A program made the translations under genes and the position numbers. The notes below the pieces were generated by a model, which did no database searches, was not told the origin of the DNA, and saw nothing but the letters and a program-made list of their open reading frames with translations. DNA of 61,481 nucleotides, counting the filler. It is 5 parts of 5 records of this genome, joined end to end, with 100 filler letters (N's around TTAATTAATTAA, not from the genome) between each part and the next. Parts side by side here need not be neighbours in the genome. Positions count along the whole stretch, not along the records: positions 1 to 13,699 come from SRR31156797_11485; 4 more parts are not named here. One strand, given 5' to 3'. Each line of letters starts with the position of its first letter. The stretch's first letter is position 1. Positions 1 through 10,536 of this stretch are shown here, one piece after another.

Positions 1-34
1 ATAGATTTTCTAATGCATATTACGGGTTTATACC

Positions 35-1321
35 ATGAACACTATTCAAATTATCATATCAATTAGCATTTCCATTGCTTTTACTTCCATAATAAGCTAT
101 TTATTTTTTCAGTTAAGGCTCAAAAAACAGGATCAAAATAGTTTACAGTTTGAGCTTGAAACCAAACAACTTAAAGAAGAAAATGATAAACTATCAAAAG
201 AAAAGGATAGATTGCAAAAGGACTTAATGCAGGCTAACATGCATATTGCTTCCATTGATACAGAGAATGCACACTTACTTAAAATCAACCAACAAAAGAC
301 CGAAGAAGTAAAAGAAATACAAGCTAAGTTATCCTCCGAATTCGAAAATATTGCCAACAAGATATTATTACATCACTCCAAAGAAATCAGCGCTCAAAAC
401 CAGGAAAATATTGGACAATTGCTTACACCTTTAAAAGAAAAGATTGGGCAGTTCGAAAGAAAGGTATCTGAAACCTACGACAAAGAAGTCAGAGACAAAT
501 TAAGTTTGCAGGCTGAGGTAAAGCGACTATACGAGCTAAATCAAAGAATCAGTCACGAAGCTAATAATCTTACCAAAGCATTAAAAGGCGATGTAAAAAA
601 GATGGGTAACTGGGGCGAGATGATTTTGGAAAGAGTGCTGGAGCAATCCGGCCTGACCGAGGGCAGAGAATTTAGAAGAGAGGTAAGTGATAAAAATGCA
701 GAAGGAAAATCTATTCGCCCGGATGTGATAATTGATTTGCCGGACAACAAACACTTAATCATTGATTCCAAACTTTCGTTGCTGGCTTATGATGAATATA
801 TTAATGCACAAACTAAAGAAGAAAAAGATGCTGCCTTAAAAAAACAGATTCTGAGTTTAAGAGAACATATTAAAGGTTTGCATGAAAAAAATTATCCATC
901 TGCACTAAGCATAAATAATCCTGATTTTGTATTGATGTTTATTCCTGCAGAAGCTTCCTTTGCTATAGCCGTTGAAACCGATAGTGATTTATTTTCCTTT
1001 GCCTGGGAACGAAAAATTGTACCTGTAAGCCCATCGACTCTTTTAGCTACATTAAAAACAGTGTCCTCCATCTGGAAGCAAGAAAATCAAACCAAAAATG
1101 CTCGTGAAATTGCGCGTCAAAGCGGTGCTTTGTATGATAAACTCGTGGGTTTTGTGAGTGATTTGCAAAAAATAGGTGCCAACATAAACACCTTACAAGG
1201 CAACTATAACGAGAGCATGCAGAAACTAAAAAACGGCAAAGGTAACTTGATTAGCAGAGCTGAAAAGATGAAGGAATTGGGAGCAAAAACCAACAAGTCT
1301 ATTCCTGACAATTTGCCTTAA
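35..1321 (+). CDS. rmuC: DNA recombination protein RmuC
   Basis: N-terminal TM helix and coiled coil; RmuC motifs GNWGEMILERVLE, RPDVIIDLP, IDSK, DFVLMFIP, VSPSTLL. Confidence 0.95.
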   Translation: MNTIQIIISISISIAFTSIISYLFFQLRLKKQDQNSLQFELETKQLKEENDKLSKEKDRLQKDLMQANMHIASIDTENAHLLKINQQKTEEVKEIQAKLSSEFENIANKILLHHSKEISAQNQENIGQLLTPLKEKIGQFERKVSETYDKEVRDKLSLQAEVKRLYELNQRISHEANNLTKALKGDVKKMGNWGEMILERVLEQSGLTEGREFRREVSDKNAEGKSIRPDVIIDLPDNKHLIIDSKLSLLAYDEYINAQTKEEKDAALKKQILSLREHIKGLHEKNYPSALSINNPDFVLMFIPAEASFAIAVETDSDLFSFAWERKIVPVSPSTLLATLKTVSSIWKQENQTKNAREIARQSGALYDKLVGFVSDLQKIGANINTLQGNYNESMQKLKNGKGNLISRAEKMKELGAKTNKSIPDNLP

Positions 1322-1325
1322 AGAA

Positions 1326-3539
1326 TTACGCCATTACTCTTAAATTTGGCTTGGTGCAGAAATTAGTTGACGCCAAAGTATAATTACTGACTTTTTTAAA
1401 AGGTATGCTAAAGTAAAATCCAGCTCCTTCACCCGGAACAGAGTCCATCCATATTGTACCCTGCATTTGGGTAACCAAACCTTTACAAATTGATAAGCCC
1501 AGACCAACACCTCCATGTATTTTCGTATTCGATTCATCCACTTGCCTGAAAGGATCAAAAATAAGTTGTTGTTTATCTTTAGGAATACCAATACCACTAT
1601 CCTTTACAAAAAATATAATTCTTGATTTTTGCACTTTGTGTCCCAAGGTGATATGACCTTCGGAGGTAAACTTTACTGCGTTTTCCATCAATCGATCCAA
1701 TACATCAAGAACCCTTTGTTTATCAATGGTCAAAATGTCCAGATAATCTGAACCTGCCACTTCTTCGTAATTAACCTGAAGCAACTTTTTGTCCATTTCG
1801 GAGGCTTTGGTAATGGCTTTGAGTTTCAACTCATCTGCAAATTCCTTAAGATTCACATTTTTATACTCAAGCTTAAAATCATCGCTCTCCAGACGCGAAA
1901 CAGCTATCATATCTTCGAAAACCTTTAAAAGTTCTTTACTGCTTTTTTCGATTATATCATGATAAACCTGTCTTTCGTTTAGCGTGAAATTTTTATTTTT
2001 TAATAAAGTTGTAAATCCTAAAATGGCATTAATCGGCGTTCTGATTTCATGGGAAATATTAGCCAAAAAAGCAGATTTCAAACGATCAGATTCCTGTGCT
2101 TTTCTGCGTTCTCTTTTAAGCAAATTGACATACTCATATCTTTCCGAAATGTCTACAATGACTCCTCTATATCCTTTTTGCTCTCCATTAACAACGATCT
2201 CATCCATGTATAACAAAGCCGGAAACCAAGATTTATCACTACGATGTGCCACAACCTCATGTTGTTCTTTTATGCCTTTTATATTTTTTCGTCGGGAGAT
2301 GATTTGATTCATATTCAAGTTATATTCAACTTCTGACTTTTGATACCCAAAATAGTCCTGCCATACTTTATTCACATAAAGTAGCACACCAGAATTATCT
2401 GTTTCAAACAACCCCTGAGGTAATTTATCTGCCATTTCGCGGTATTTCTTTTCTCCGGCAGATAATTGAATAATCAGTACATCTTTTTCTTTTTGGTTTT
2501 GATTAAGCTGATCTATCATCAAATTAAATTCGCGATACAAAACCTTAATTTCATGCGTATTAATTGCCTTGCCTAAACTTGGCATTTTCCTAAAATCATT
2601 TAATAGAATACCTTCAATAAACCGGGTTAGTCGAGATAGAGGTTTAGTGACCTGACGAGATAAAATATTAGCCAGAAAGAAACAAATTAGCAGAATAAAA
2701 GCCACCGTTAGAATAAAAGTTTTCTCAATTTGAGATATAGCAGCTTCTTTATTGAAATTAGCAATATTGAGTGCTTCGTTAAATTTTAGCTCAACCTCCT
2801 TGTCCACTTCATTCAGCTTTCCTTTCAATCCACTGTTGTCATGCAGTCCCATTTTTGTATCTAGTTGAGACACTTTCAAAAACATAACATTGTATTGTTT
2901 TAGCTCATATAGAATTTCTTCAGCCTCAGGATGAGAACTTGAAACAGCCATCAATTCGTGTCTGATCTTATCTGCTATTTTGTTAAAATACTGCACGTAT
3001 ACATAATGGTGACGCAGCAAGTAATCTTTTTCTCTTCGTCTCAAACTAAGGAGATCTACTTTGTTTATCAGTTGCTTTTTCTCCAATCGATGGGCATAAT
3101 CCCGCATGTGACCAATCATTCCATAATCCTTAAATCCTCTTTGTGCGGCAAAAACCGATAACATAGAAAAAATAGAATCCCTTCCTCTTAACGCCCCTTC
3201 TATTTCCTGAATGGATTCAATAACATTGGTTGAATGTTCGTGCTTTAATATCAAATCTTTGAGCGATTCTCTAATGTGTGTAGTTTGCAAATAAGCCTGC
3301 TCTAAATATTCACTTTCGCCAGTCACATAAAAAGTAGTATCAATGGTTTCCAATGCAAAAAAGTCATTGGTAATATTTTTTAGCTTAAGAAAACCAAAAT
3401 AGACATTATTAATGTCGCCAGATAAATCTGATGCCTTTTGTTTTGTATTAAAAAAAGACCAACTAATCCCAATGGTAATTGTAGCTATTACAACAGAAAC
3501 CACAGAAAACCAAATCAATAACTTACTACTTAACTTCAC
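1326..3539 (-). CDS. Membrane sensor histidine kinase (periplasmic sensor, HAMP, PAS, HisKA, HATPase)
   Basis: Two TM helices; H-box FLANISHEIRTP, N-box NAVKFT, G boxes DSGIGI and GVGLGLSI; PAS-like region before the H-box; GTG start. Confidence 0.9.
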   Translation of the reverse strand: MKLSSKLLIWFSVVSVVIATITIGISWSFFNTKQKASDLSGDINNVYFGFLKLKNITNDFFALETIDTTFYVTGESEYLEQAYLQTTHIRESLKDLILKHEHSTNVIESIQEIEGALRGRDSIFSMLSVFAAQRGFKDYGMIGHMRDYAHRLEKKQLINKVDLLSLRRREKDYLLRHHYVYVQYFNKIADKIRHELMAVSSSHPEAEEILYELKQYNVMFLKVSQLDTKMGLHDNSGLKGKLNEVDKEVELKFNEALNIANFNKEAAISQIEKTFILTVAFILLICFFLANILSRQVTKPLSRLTRFIEGILLNDFRKMPSLGKAINTHEIKVLYREFNLMIDQLNQNQKEKDVLIIQLSAGEKKYREMADKLPQGLFETDNSGVLLYVNKVWQDYFGYQKSEVEYNLNMNQIISRRKNIKGIKEQHEVVAHRSDKSWFPALLYMDEIVVNGEQKGYRGVIVDISERYEYVNLLKRERRKAQESDRLKSAFLANISHEIRTPINAILGFTTLLKNKNFTLNERQVYHDIIEKSSKELLKVFEDMIAVSRLESDDFKLEYKNVNLKEFADELKLKAITKASEMDKKLLQVNYEEVAGSDYLDILTIDKQRVLDVLDRLMENAVKFTSEGHITLGHKVQKSRIIFFVKDSGIGIPKDKQQLIFDPFRQVDESNTKIHGGVGLGLSICKGLVTQMQGTIWMDSVPGEGAGFYFSIPFKKVSNYTLASTNFCTKPNLRVMA

Positions 3540-3659
3540 GTCTTACCTTTCTAAAATGGGTTTACTAAAATATGCCGACAGCGTAATTTCGTGAAATTTT
3601 AAGGATAAACTTATTGTTATGCTTGCATTAATACATGGTTAAATAAAATGTAAAAAAAC

Positions 3660-4784
3660 TTAATTCTTAGAAACCGCTCTTCCCTTCCATTTAGTAATGT
3701 TTAGTACCGATAAAAACACAATAACTGATGTATAAAGCGGATAACATAATGAGAATAGGATAAATGCTAATTTAGGTAGTTGAATATGAAAGAAAGAGGC
3801 TCCTTTTCGAAGTAATATATAATCTATTATGCATTTACCTAAAAGTGCCAGAATAAATGCATATCCAAAAGTGTTGGGACAGAAAACAAGCCCTACCAGT
3901 AAAACTGACAGTAATAGATTCGTTATAAAAACAAGCCATGCTACAAACAAAGAAAAGCGATCTTTGTACGCTTTGCTTTTTGAAGTCCATCTAATTCTTT
4001 GAAAAAACAAATCTTTCAAACTTTCGGCAGGATAAGTATCTACAATGGCACTTGAATTTAATAAAAAGGAAACTTTCTTTTGCTGCGCTTTGCAGTAATG
4101 TAAAAGAAATACATCGTCTCCTGAAAGGTATTTATGATTCAGATGTTGCCTTACTTCTTGCCAGACTTGCTTTTTTACTACCAGGTTAGCTCCATTGCAC
4201 ATAATGGCATTATTCATTCCAATTGCTCCGGCGCCACAGGTAACCAAACTGAGAAAATCAATAACCTGAAAACGTTTTAATGTAGAATTGGCATTAACCA
4301 GTCGCACCGGCCCTACCAACAAATCAGGATTATCCTTAAGTATACCTTTAGCAATTGATGCTAACCAATCTGTTTTCAACAAACAATCCGCATCCGTCAT
4401 CACAACATATTCCGTGGATACCAAATCCATCGCTGTAGCAATAGCTTCCTTTTTGCCCACTCCTTTATTGTTTATGAGCCTAAAGTGAGGATATGCCTTT
4501 ATTTCCTCTTGTACTATTTTCTCTGAACCATCATCACTATCATCATTTACCAGAATTACACTATATTGATCGTTGGGATAATTTTGCAGAACAAGTGATT
4601 TTATTAAAGAGTGCAAATGTTTTTCCTCATTTCTGAAAGCTACCACAACAGTAAGCGGTATTTCGCATCTCCTTATTTCTTCTTGTTTAGGATAGCTTAA
4701 TCGATTCCATCCTTTGATAAAATAGACAATCAAAGCAATGTAAGTCAAAACACAAACAGCTGTTATGATATTAAAGATTTCCAT
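3660..4784 (-). CDS. Glycosyltransferase family 2, membrane-bound
   Basis: VVVAFRNEE, DDSDD, TDAD (DXD), GDD and QRIRW motifs; C-terminal TM helices. Confidence 0.9.
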   Translation of the reverse strand: MEIFNIITAVCVLTYIALIVYFIKGWNRLSYPKQEEIRRCEIPLTVVVAFRNEEKHLHSLIKSLVLQNYPNDQYSVILVNDDSDDGSEKIVQEEIKAYPHFRLINNKGVGKKEAIATAMDLVSTEYVVMTDADCLLKTDWLASIAKGILKDNPDLLVGPVRLVNANSTLKRFQVIDFLSLVTCGAGAIGMNNAIMCNGANLVVKKQVWQEVRQHLNHKYLSGDDVFLLHYCKAQQKKVSFLLNSSAIVDTYPAESLKDLFFQRIRWTSKSKAYKDRFSLFVAWLVFITNLLLSVLLVGLVFCPNTFGYAFILALLGKCIIDYILLRKGASFFHIQLPKLAFILFSLCYPLYTSVIVFLSVLNITKWKGRAVSKN

Positions 4785-4812
4785 TAGGAATGTTACAAGA
4801 GTTAATGCAAAT

Positions 4813-4849
4813 AAAAAATCCCGAAATCAGCTTAACTAATCCCGGGATT
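4813..4849 (-). terminator. Intrinsic terminator after the SPOR gene
   Basis: Minus strand AATCCCGGGATTAG-ttaag-CTGATTTCGGGATT followed by a T run. Confidence 0.75.
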
Positions 4850-4868
4850 ATATTTTTTAAGTTCGTTG

Positions 4869-5942
4869 CTACTTTATTGTATACAACCAGCTTTCTAGTT
4901 TTTGATTGTTTAAAACATCCTGTTGCTTCGCTTCAATAACGCTATACGATTTATCAGAATCAATACTTACTAAATTCATATTGCCTTTTTTAATCATCAT
5001 CGCATTTTCAAAACCTTGACCACGCAACTTTTCTACCATCTTAATAGCATTATCTTCTTCTTTAAAACCTCCTACAATAATATGAATCTGTCCTTTTGCA
5101 GTATTCAATAAAGGAGCAGGTTCCTCTTTTTTAATTTCTTCCGGTTTTTCAACTACAGGTTCAACAGGCATAGAGTCTGTTACTTCAGGTTCTTTAATCT
5201 CTGGTTTTACAATCTCTTGTTTAACCTCCTGCAATTTATTCTTACTCGGAGTATCCTTAAAAACGAAGAAGTAAATAGCCAATACGGCTAAAACAACAAT
5301 AGCTGCCACAATAAGAATAACACGCTCGTTTTTCTTACGCTCTTTCTTCATTTTTTCAGCGTAAGTATTTGTTACGAAAGTCTTGCTTTCTTCTTTCTCT
5401 TCGGCTATAGCTGATGATACTGCAGGTTCTTTTTTATGTTCCTCTTTGGTATCAGGTACTTCAGTCTTTTCCTCAGCAGTTGCTTCTTCATTATGCTCAA
5501 CTACTTTATCTTCTTCCACATCTAAAACAAAAACCTTTTTGCCAGACTCTTCCTTGGGAGATTCATCCTTTTCCTCTTCAGTCGTTTCCGAATCTTTTTC
5601 CTTTGAATTGGCAAGCTGATCAGCGAAATCATCGGCTTGTTGAAAACGAAGAATCCCATTTTCATCCTTTCTAAAAGTACCTAGTTTATCTATTTCGTAG
5701 GTTCCTTTCTCATCTAACTCACCCTTTAACTTATCTACATATTCAAAAACCTCTTCTGTTGCAATAATGGTATCTACACCTTTCTTCTCCGCCACGTAAT
5801 TCACTAACAATCCATCATTAAAACTTAGAAAGTTGTTGAATAAGATACTTATTCCATGTTCTTTGGAAACGATAAATGCACCAAAATTAGGAATGATAAC
5901 TCTATTGTTTTCTGCGATTAAGTCTAATATATATTGTTCCAT
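4869..5942 (-). CDS. HU/CCDC81-like N-terminal domains, TM helix, C-terminal SPOR domain
   Basis: VIIPNFGAF and FNDGLL N-terminal motifs; acidic linker; one TM; HIIVGGFKEEDNA SPOR-like motif. Confidence 0.85.
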   Translation of the reverse strand: MEQYILDLIAENNRVIIPNFGAFIVSKEHGISILFNNFLSFNDGLLVNYVAEKKGVDTIIATEEVFEYVDKLKGELDEKGTYEIDKLGTFRKDENGILRFQQADDFADQLANSKEKDSETTEEEKDESPKEESGKKVFVLDVEEDKVVEHNEEATAEEKTEVPDTKEEHKKEPAVSSAIAEEKEESKTFVTNTYAEKMKKERKKNERVILIVAAIVVLAVLAIYFFVFKDTPSKNKLQEVKQEIVKPEIKEPEVTDSMPVEPVVEKPEEIKKEEPAPLLNTAKGQIHIIVGGFKEEDNAIKMVEKLRGQGFENAMMIKKGNMNLVSIDSDKSYSVIEAKQQDVLNNQKLESWLYTIK

Positions 5943-6059
5943 TGTAGTTCTGTCAATATTAAAGGTTTATACCCGGAAAAATTGAACTAAAGATAATGAG
6001 TTTTTAACAATTAAAGATATTTTACTTTAAAACTTTGCTAAACACCTATAACAACGATG

Positions 6060-7007
6060 CTAAGCTCTTGTTCGAACTATAAAATAACTACCTAACAGTG
6101 CCGGAATAACCTGATTCACCAGCCATACTAAAAAAACAGCTAATAATACACTGAACTCACCAATTGAATAAGCTGAAAATAAGAACAATGCAACCGATCC
6201 CCTGACGCCCATATCAGAAAGAATAAAAGAAGGTACAATCGAAATAAATAGAAAATAAACAGGGATTTGATAAACAACATCGATAAGTTCCCAACCCATC
6301 ATAAAACATAGCATTAGCAAGAGTTGCAGACTATAAATTACGTAGCGAAAAAAACTAAAACCAACAATTTTCACTATCGACGCAACCGATAACTGTTTTA
6401 TTTGGCTTTTTAAATGATTCAAATTCTGAAAAACACTTAGTTTCTTAAACAGGCTTTTTATTGATAATCTTTTCAGCCACAATAACGAGGTGGCTACAAT
6501 GGCGATAAAAAGAAAGATAATAAAGAAGTTCAGCAAAGATGAGAGTTCAGTATATGCCTTGTTTTTTAATCCCAAAAACAAGCTTATTAAACCAACAATA
6601 ACGATGATTGTATTGTGAACAACTCCACCCAGGTAATTTAATACGGCTCCGCTTGCCCAATATTTTTTGTCGTAATTCATTAATCGGCCCAACGGTTCTC
6701 CTAACTTGGCTGGGGTAAAAATACCTGATGCAAAACCTGCCAATACCATTTGTATCGATTCTACAATCGAAACCTTAAAAATTGGCTCAATCAGAGTTTG
6801 CCACTTTTTTGATTCGAAAAATATATTAAAAAACAGCAGTGCAATCTGAATAAGAAGTAACAGCCCCCAACTATACCAGGGCTGTCCTAGCGAAGAAAAA
6901 AATCCTTCCTCCGGCCGGAACTGAAAAATTCGGTAAAAAATATAGCTATAACTCAACAAAGCCAGGAGTATTCCCAACCATTTACGCGATATAAGCCATT
7001 TGCCCAT
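6060..7007 (-). CDS. Lysylphosphatidylglycerol synthase TM-domain (flippase-like) protein
   Basis: Polytopic membrane protein with KWQ, FTPAKLGEPLGR and DMGVRG motifs. Confidence 0.8.
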   Translation of the reverse strand: MGKWLISRKWLGILLALLSYSYIFYRIFQFRPEEGFFSSLGQPWYSWGLLLLIQIALLFFNIFFESKKWQTLIEPIFKVSIVESIQMVLAGFASGIFTPAKLGEPLGRLMNYDKKYWASGAVLNYLGGVVHNTIIVIVGLISLFLGLKNKAYTELSSLLNFFIIFLFIAIVATSLLWLKRLSIKSLFKKLSVFQNLNHLKSQIKQLSVASIVKIVGFSFFRYVIYSLQLLLMLCFMMGWELIDVVYQIPVYFLFISIVPSFILSDMGVRGSVALFLFSAYSIGEFSVLLAVFLVWLVNQVIPALLGSYFIVRTRA

Positions 7008-8020
7008 TAAGCTTTTGGACGATTAATAACCGGCAAAACAATCAAAGAAACGATACCCATGACTACAATCATGGCATTAATAGAGCTCCACACAATTAAA
7101 GCAAAAGCTGCACTCTCGGTTTTAGAGATACCGTACATCTGCAAAGATGCAATAACCATAAAGTGCCAAGGCCCCATGCCTCCCTGAACCGGCGCCACCA
7201 TACCTAAACTTCCGAGCACAAATACTGATAATCCGGCCAGCGCCGTTAAATGCGAAGTAAACTCAAAACCAAAGAAACAAACGTAAATCATAAAAAAATA
7301 CATCACCCAGATAAAAACGGTATGAAAAGCAAAAGCCCATTTATTCTTTACATTTTTAATGGCTAAAAATCCTTCTGCAAACTTAGCCCACAGTGCCTTT
7401 AATTTAATATATGGTGTTGTTTTTGAAAACCAGCGCTTAAAACTACGTACCAGCATCACAATGGCTAAAATAACCACATACGTCCATATGTTTGTAAATA
7501 GATTGGTAAACTTGGTAAAGTCTGTATTTTTAAAAAGAAAGTCGGCTACTATATTAAACTGCAAGGCCAATACCAGTAATAAACAAAGCAACAGCATAAT
7601 CACATCCATTAACCTTTCTACCACTACTGTACCGATTAATCTGGAAACCGAAATATTTTCGTATTTACTTAATACGCCACAACGGGATATTTCTCCCATG
7701 CGGGGAATTAATAAGTTGGCAAAATAGCCCATCATTACGGCAAAAAAGGTATTGCTAATGCGTGTTTTCTTTTCAATGGGTTCTATAATCATTTGCCACC
7801 TGATGGTACGACTAAAGTGACTCGCCAATCCGGCAACCATGGCTAAAAACAACCACCAGTAATTTACACCATCACTTAAGGTTGCTTTTAATTCCTGCAT
7901 ATCATAATTACGATATACCCACCACATCAAAGCTCCTCCTATCGATAAATAAATAAGAAATTTGATGATATTAATGAATGATTTTTTCAATGCGTTTTTT
8001 TTAGAGCTCCTCCCCGACAC
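7007..8020 (-). CDS. Lysylphosphatidylglycerol synthase TM-domain (UPF0104) protein
   Basis: RTIRW, NLLIPRMGEISRC, GTVVVERLMD and PVQGGMGPWH motifs; shares a base with the next gene's start. Confidence 0.85.
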   Translation of the reverse strand: MSGRSSKKNALKKSFINIIKFLIYLSIGGALMWWVYRNYDMQELKATLSDGVNYWWLFLAMVAGLASHFSRTIRWQMIIEPIEKKTRISNTFFAVMMGYFANLLIPRMGEISRCGVLSKYENISVSRLIGTVVVERLMDVIMLLLCLLLVLALQFNIVADFLFKNTDFTKFTNLFTNIWTYVVILAIVMLVRSFKRWFSKTTPYIKLKALWAKFAEGFLAIKNVKNKWAFAFHTVFIWVMYFFMIYVCFFGFEFTSHLTALAGLSVFVLGSLGMVAPVQGGMGPWHFMVIASLQMYGISKTESAAFALIVWSSINAMIVVMGIVSLIVLPVINRPKA

Positions 8021-8189
8021 TAAAATATAAGTATAATTAATAATTTAAAATTATACCTTTGCCGCAGATTCGAGGGTGCAATTTTAAAAAAGATTATTTG
8101 TTTGTGCAAAGTTTTTAACTTTAGTCGCATGAAACACTTGCCCTTGCGCTCCCAATTAGCTGAGTTCGGATTAAATACTATTGTAAAGG

Positions 8190-8972
8190 ATGAAAAACGT
8201 ACGAGCAAAAAAACACCTGGGACAGCATTTCTTAACCGATGAAAAAATAGCAGAAAGAATTGCCGACGGGTTAACAAATTACAAAACCAACGTACTGGAA
8301 ATTGGTCCCGGGATGGGCGTTTTAACCAAGTATTTAATTCACAAAGAAGGTATTCGATTAAAGGTAGTGGAGTTAGATACCGAGTCGGTTGAATACCTTG
8401 AGGCCAACTACAGCGAGTTGCATGGCAACATAATTTCAGGTGATTTTTTAAAAATGAATCTGAAAGAGATTACTGAAGAACCGCTTAGCATTATTGGTAA
8501 TTTCCCATATAACATTTCGAGCCAGATCTTTTTTAAGGTACTGGATTACAAAGATCAGGTTCCAGAAGTGGTGGGAATGTTGCAAAAAGAGGTGGCAGAA
8601 CGACTAACTGCACCTCCGGGAAGTAAGACCTATGGTATATTAAGCGTATTACTGCAAGCATACTATGATGTAGAGTATTTATTTACGGTTCATGAAAATG
8701 TGTTTAATCCTCCTCCAAAAGTGAAATCGGGAGTAATTCGTATTGTACGAAATCAAACCAAAGCATTGCCTTGCAACGAAAAATTGTTTTTCAGGGTAGT
8801 AAAAGCCGGATTTAACCAGCGTCGAAAAACATTGAGTAATTCTTTAAAAGCCATTCCTTTTAACAGGGAAAATATAGCAGAACTGGAATTATTTAAGAAA
8901 AGACCTGAACAATTGGGCGTGGATGAGTTTATACAACTGACACAATTCATCGAAAAGAATTTACAGGATTAA
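8190..8972 (+). CDS. rsmA: 16S rRNA m6,2A1518/1519 dimethyltransferase RsmA/KsgA
   Basis: [42 protein letters not shown]. Confidence 0.97.
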   Translation: MKNVRAKKHLGQHFLTDEKIAERIADGLTNYKTNVLEIGPGMGVLTKYLIHKEGIRLKVVELDTESVEYLEANYSELHGNIISGDFLKMNLKEITEEPLSIIGNFPYNISSQIFFKVLDYKDQVPEVVGMLQKEVAERLTAPPGSKTYGILSVLLQAYYDVEYLFTVHENVFNPPPKVKSGVIRIVRNQTKALPCNEKLFFRVVKAGFNQRRKTLSNSLKAIPFNRENIAELELFKKRPEQLGVDEFIQLTQFIEKNLQD

Positions 8973-8994
8973 ACATCACTAAACAAAGAATACG

Positions 8995-10359
8995 ATGGCT
9001 AACTTTATTTTAACCAGAGAATTTGTAGACAAAATCAGGGAGCAAATAGAGCTTAAAGAGGAAAAAAAGATTCTGATTGAGCTGGAAGAAATGTATCCTG
9101 CAGATATTGCCGACTTATTCAGAGAACTGGATTTAGAGGAAGCCAAATATGTTTACTTTTTAGTTGATGATGAAACCGCTGCCGATGTAATTACGGAACT
9201 CGACGAAGATGAGCGTTCAAGATTTCTGGATTCCTTACCCAGTGAAGTAATTGCTAAGAGATTCATCGACAAGATGGATTCAGATGATGCTGCCGACGTA
9301 CTGGGTGAAATGGACGATGAGCGCCAGCAAGAGGTGCTTTCGCACATGGAAGACCTGAAATCGGCTGGCGATATTGTTGATCTGTTAAACTACGACGAGA
9401 ATACTGCGGGTGGTTTAATGGGTAAGGAATTTATTAAGGTAAAAGAATCCTGGAACCTGCCTACATGCTTACGAAGTATGCGCCGTCAGGGAGAGGAAGT
9501 GGACGAGGTATACTATGTGTATGTGGTAGATAATGATGGTGTTTTAAAAGGAACACTTTCTTTAAAACGACTATTATTAAGTAGCGAAAAAGTTACGGTA
9601 AAAGATATTTACAATCCCGATTTAATTTCGGTTAAAACCGATGCCAAAGGCGAAGAAGTAAGCTCTATTATGGAACGCTACGATTTGGTTGCCCTTCCGG
9701 TTGTTGATGGAATTGGTCGCCTGGTAGGTAGAATCACCATTGATGACGTGGTAGATTTTATGCGTGAAGAAGCGGAGAAAGATTACCAGTTGGCTTCCGG
9801 TATTACAGAAGATGTAGAAACCTCCGATAGCATTTGGATTCATACCAGAGCGCGCATGCCCTGGTTATTAATTGGATTACTTGGAGGTGTTTTATCCTCT
9901 AGGGTCATTCTAGGTTTTAGTGAATTAACCGATGCGCACCCAACCATTTCTATTTTTATGACATTAATTGCTGCAATGGCGGGTAATGTTGGAATGCAAT
10001 CCTCCGCAATCATAGTACAATCACTGGCTTCGGGAAATATGGGACTGGAAACAACCTGGACAAAACTTATTAAAGAGTTTGCCATTTCCTTATTAAATGC
10101 CTCTATATTATCTACACTACTATTTATTTTTAATTGGATAGATAATGCCGATAATTCACTCACTTATTCTGCCAGTATAGCGCTCTTCTCTGTAGTTATA
10201 TTTGCATCCTTACTTGGCACTTTTATTCCTTTATTAATGAATAAACTTAAAATTGATCCGGCCGTTGCTACCGGGCCTTTTGTTACCACACTGAACGATA
10301 TAACCGGAATGGCTATTTATATGACAGTAGCCAGTTATTGTTATACTATTTTTGTTTAG
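8995..10359 (+). CDS. mgtE: Magnesium transporter MgtE
   Basis: PADIA N-domain, CBS pair, GRITIDD, AMAGNVGMQS, IDPAVATGPFVTTLND. Confidence 0.96.
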   Translation: MANFILTREFVDKIREQIELKEEKKILIELEEMYPADIADLFRELDLEEAKYVYFLVDDETAADVITELDEDERSRFLDSLPSEVIAKRFIDKMDSDDAADVLGEMDDERQQEVLSHMEDLKSAGDIVDLLNYDENTAGGLMGKEFIKVKESWNLPTCLRSMRRQGEEVDEVYYVYVVDNDGVLKGTLSLKRLLLSSEKVTVKDIYNPDLISVKTDAKGEEVSSIMERYDLVALPVVDGIGRLVGRITIDDVVDFMREEAEKDYQLASGITEDVETSDSIWIHTRARMPWLLIGLLGGVLSSRVILGFSELTDAHPTISIFMTLIAAMAGNVGMQSSAIIVQSLASGNMGLETTWTKLIKEFAISLLNASILSTLLFIFNWIDNADNSLTYSASIALFSVVIFASLLGTFIPLLMNKLKIDPAVATGPFVTTLNDITGMAIYMTVASYCYTIFV

Positions 10360-10474
10360 TCAATAGGTAATGGTCATTGGATGACTGGATGTTGGTCATT
10401 AGTTTATGTGTTAATCAACTATTGATTATTCAACTAATGACCCATAACCAATTACCATTGACCAATCAACCAAA
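10358..10474. repeat. Long imperfect palindrome built from heptamer-like GGTCATT/AATGACC units
   Basis: GGTCATTAGTT (10394-10404) pairs with AACTAATGACC (10432-10442); outer GTCAATAGGTAAT pairs imperfectly with ATTACCATTGAC; inner TAATCAA/TTGATTA. Confidence 0.6.
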
Positions 10475-10475
10475 T

Positions 10476-10510
10476 AAAAAAGGATGCCTCTTAAAAAGAA
10501 ACACCCTTAT
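10476..10510 (-). terminator. Intrinsic terminator after the lipoprotein gene
   Basis: Minus strand AAGGGTGTTTC-loop-GAGGCATCCTT followed by T run. Confidence 0.65.
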
Positions 10511-10536
10511 TTATTATACAACTCAATCCGGCAAAT

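Noticed and set aside
8020-8277. 85-aa minus-strand ORF and similar short ORFs (e.g. 11382-11627)
   Set aside because: They span promoter or low-complexity T-rich DNA and overlap real genes on the opposite strand
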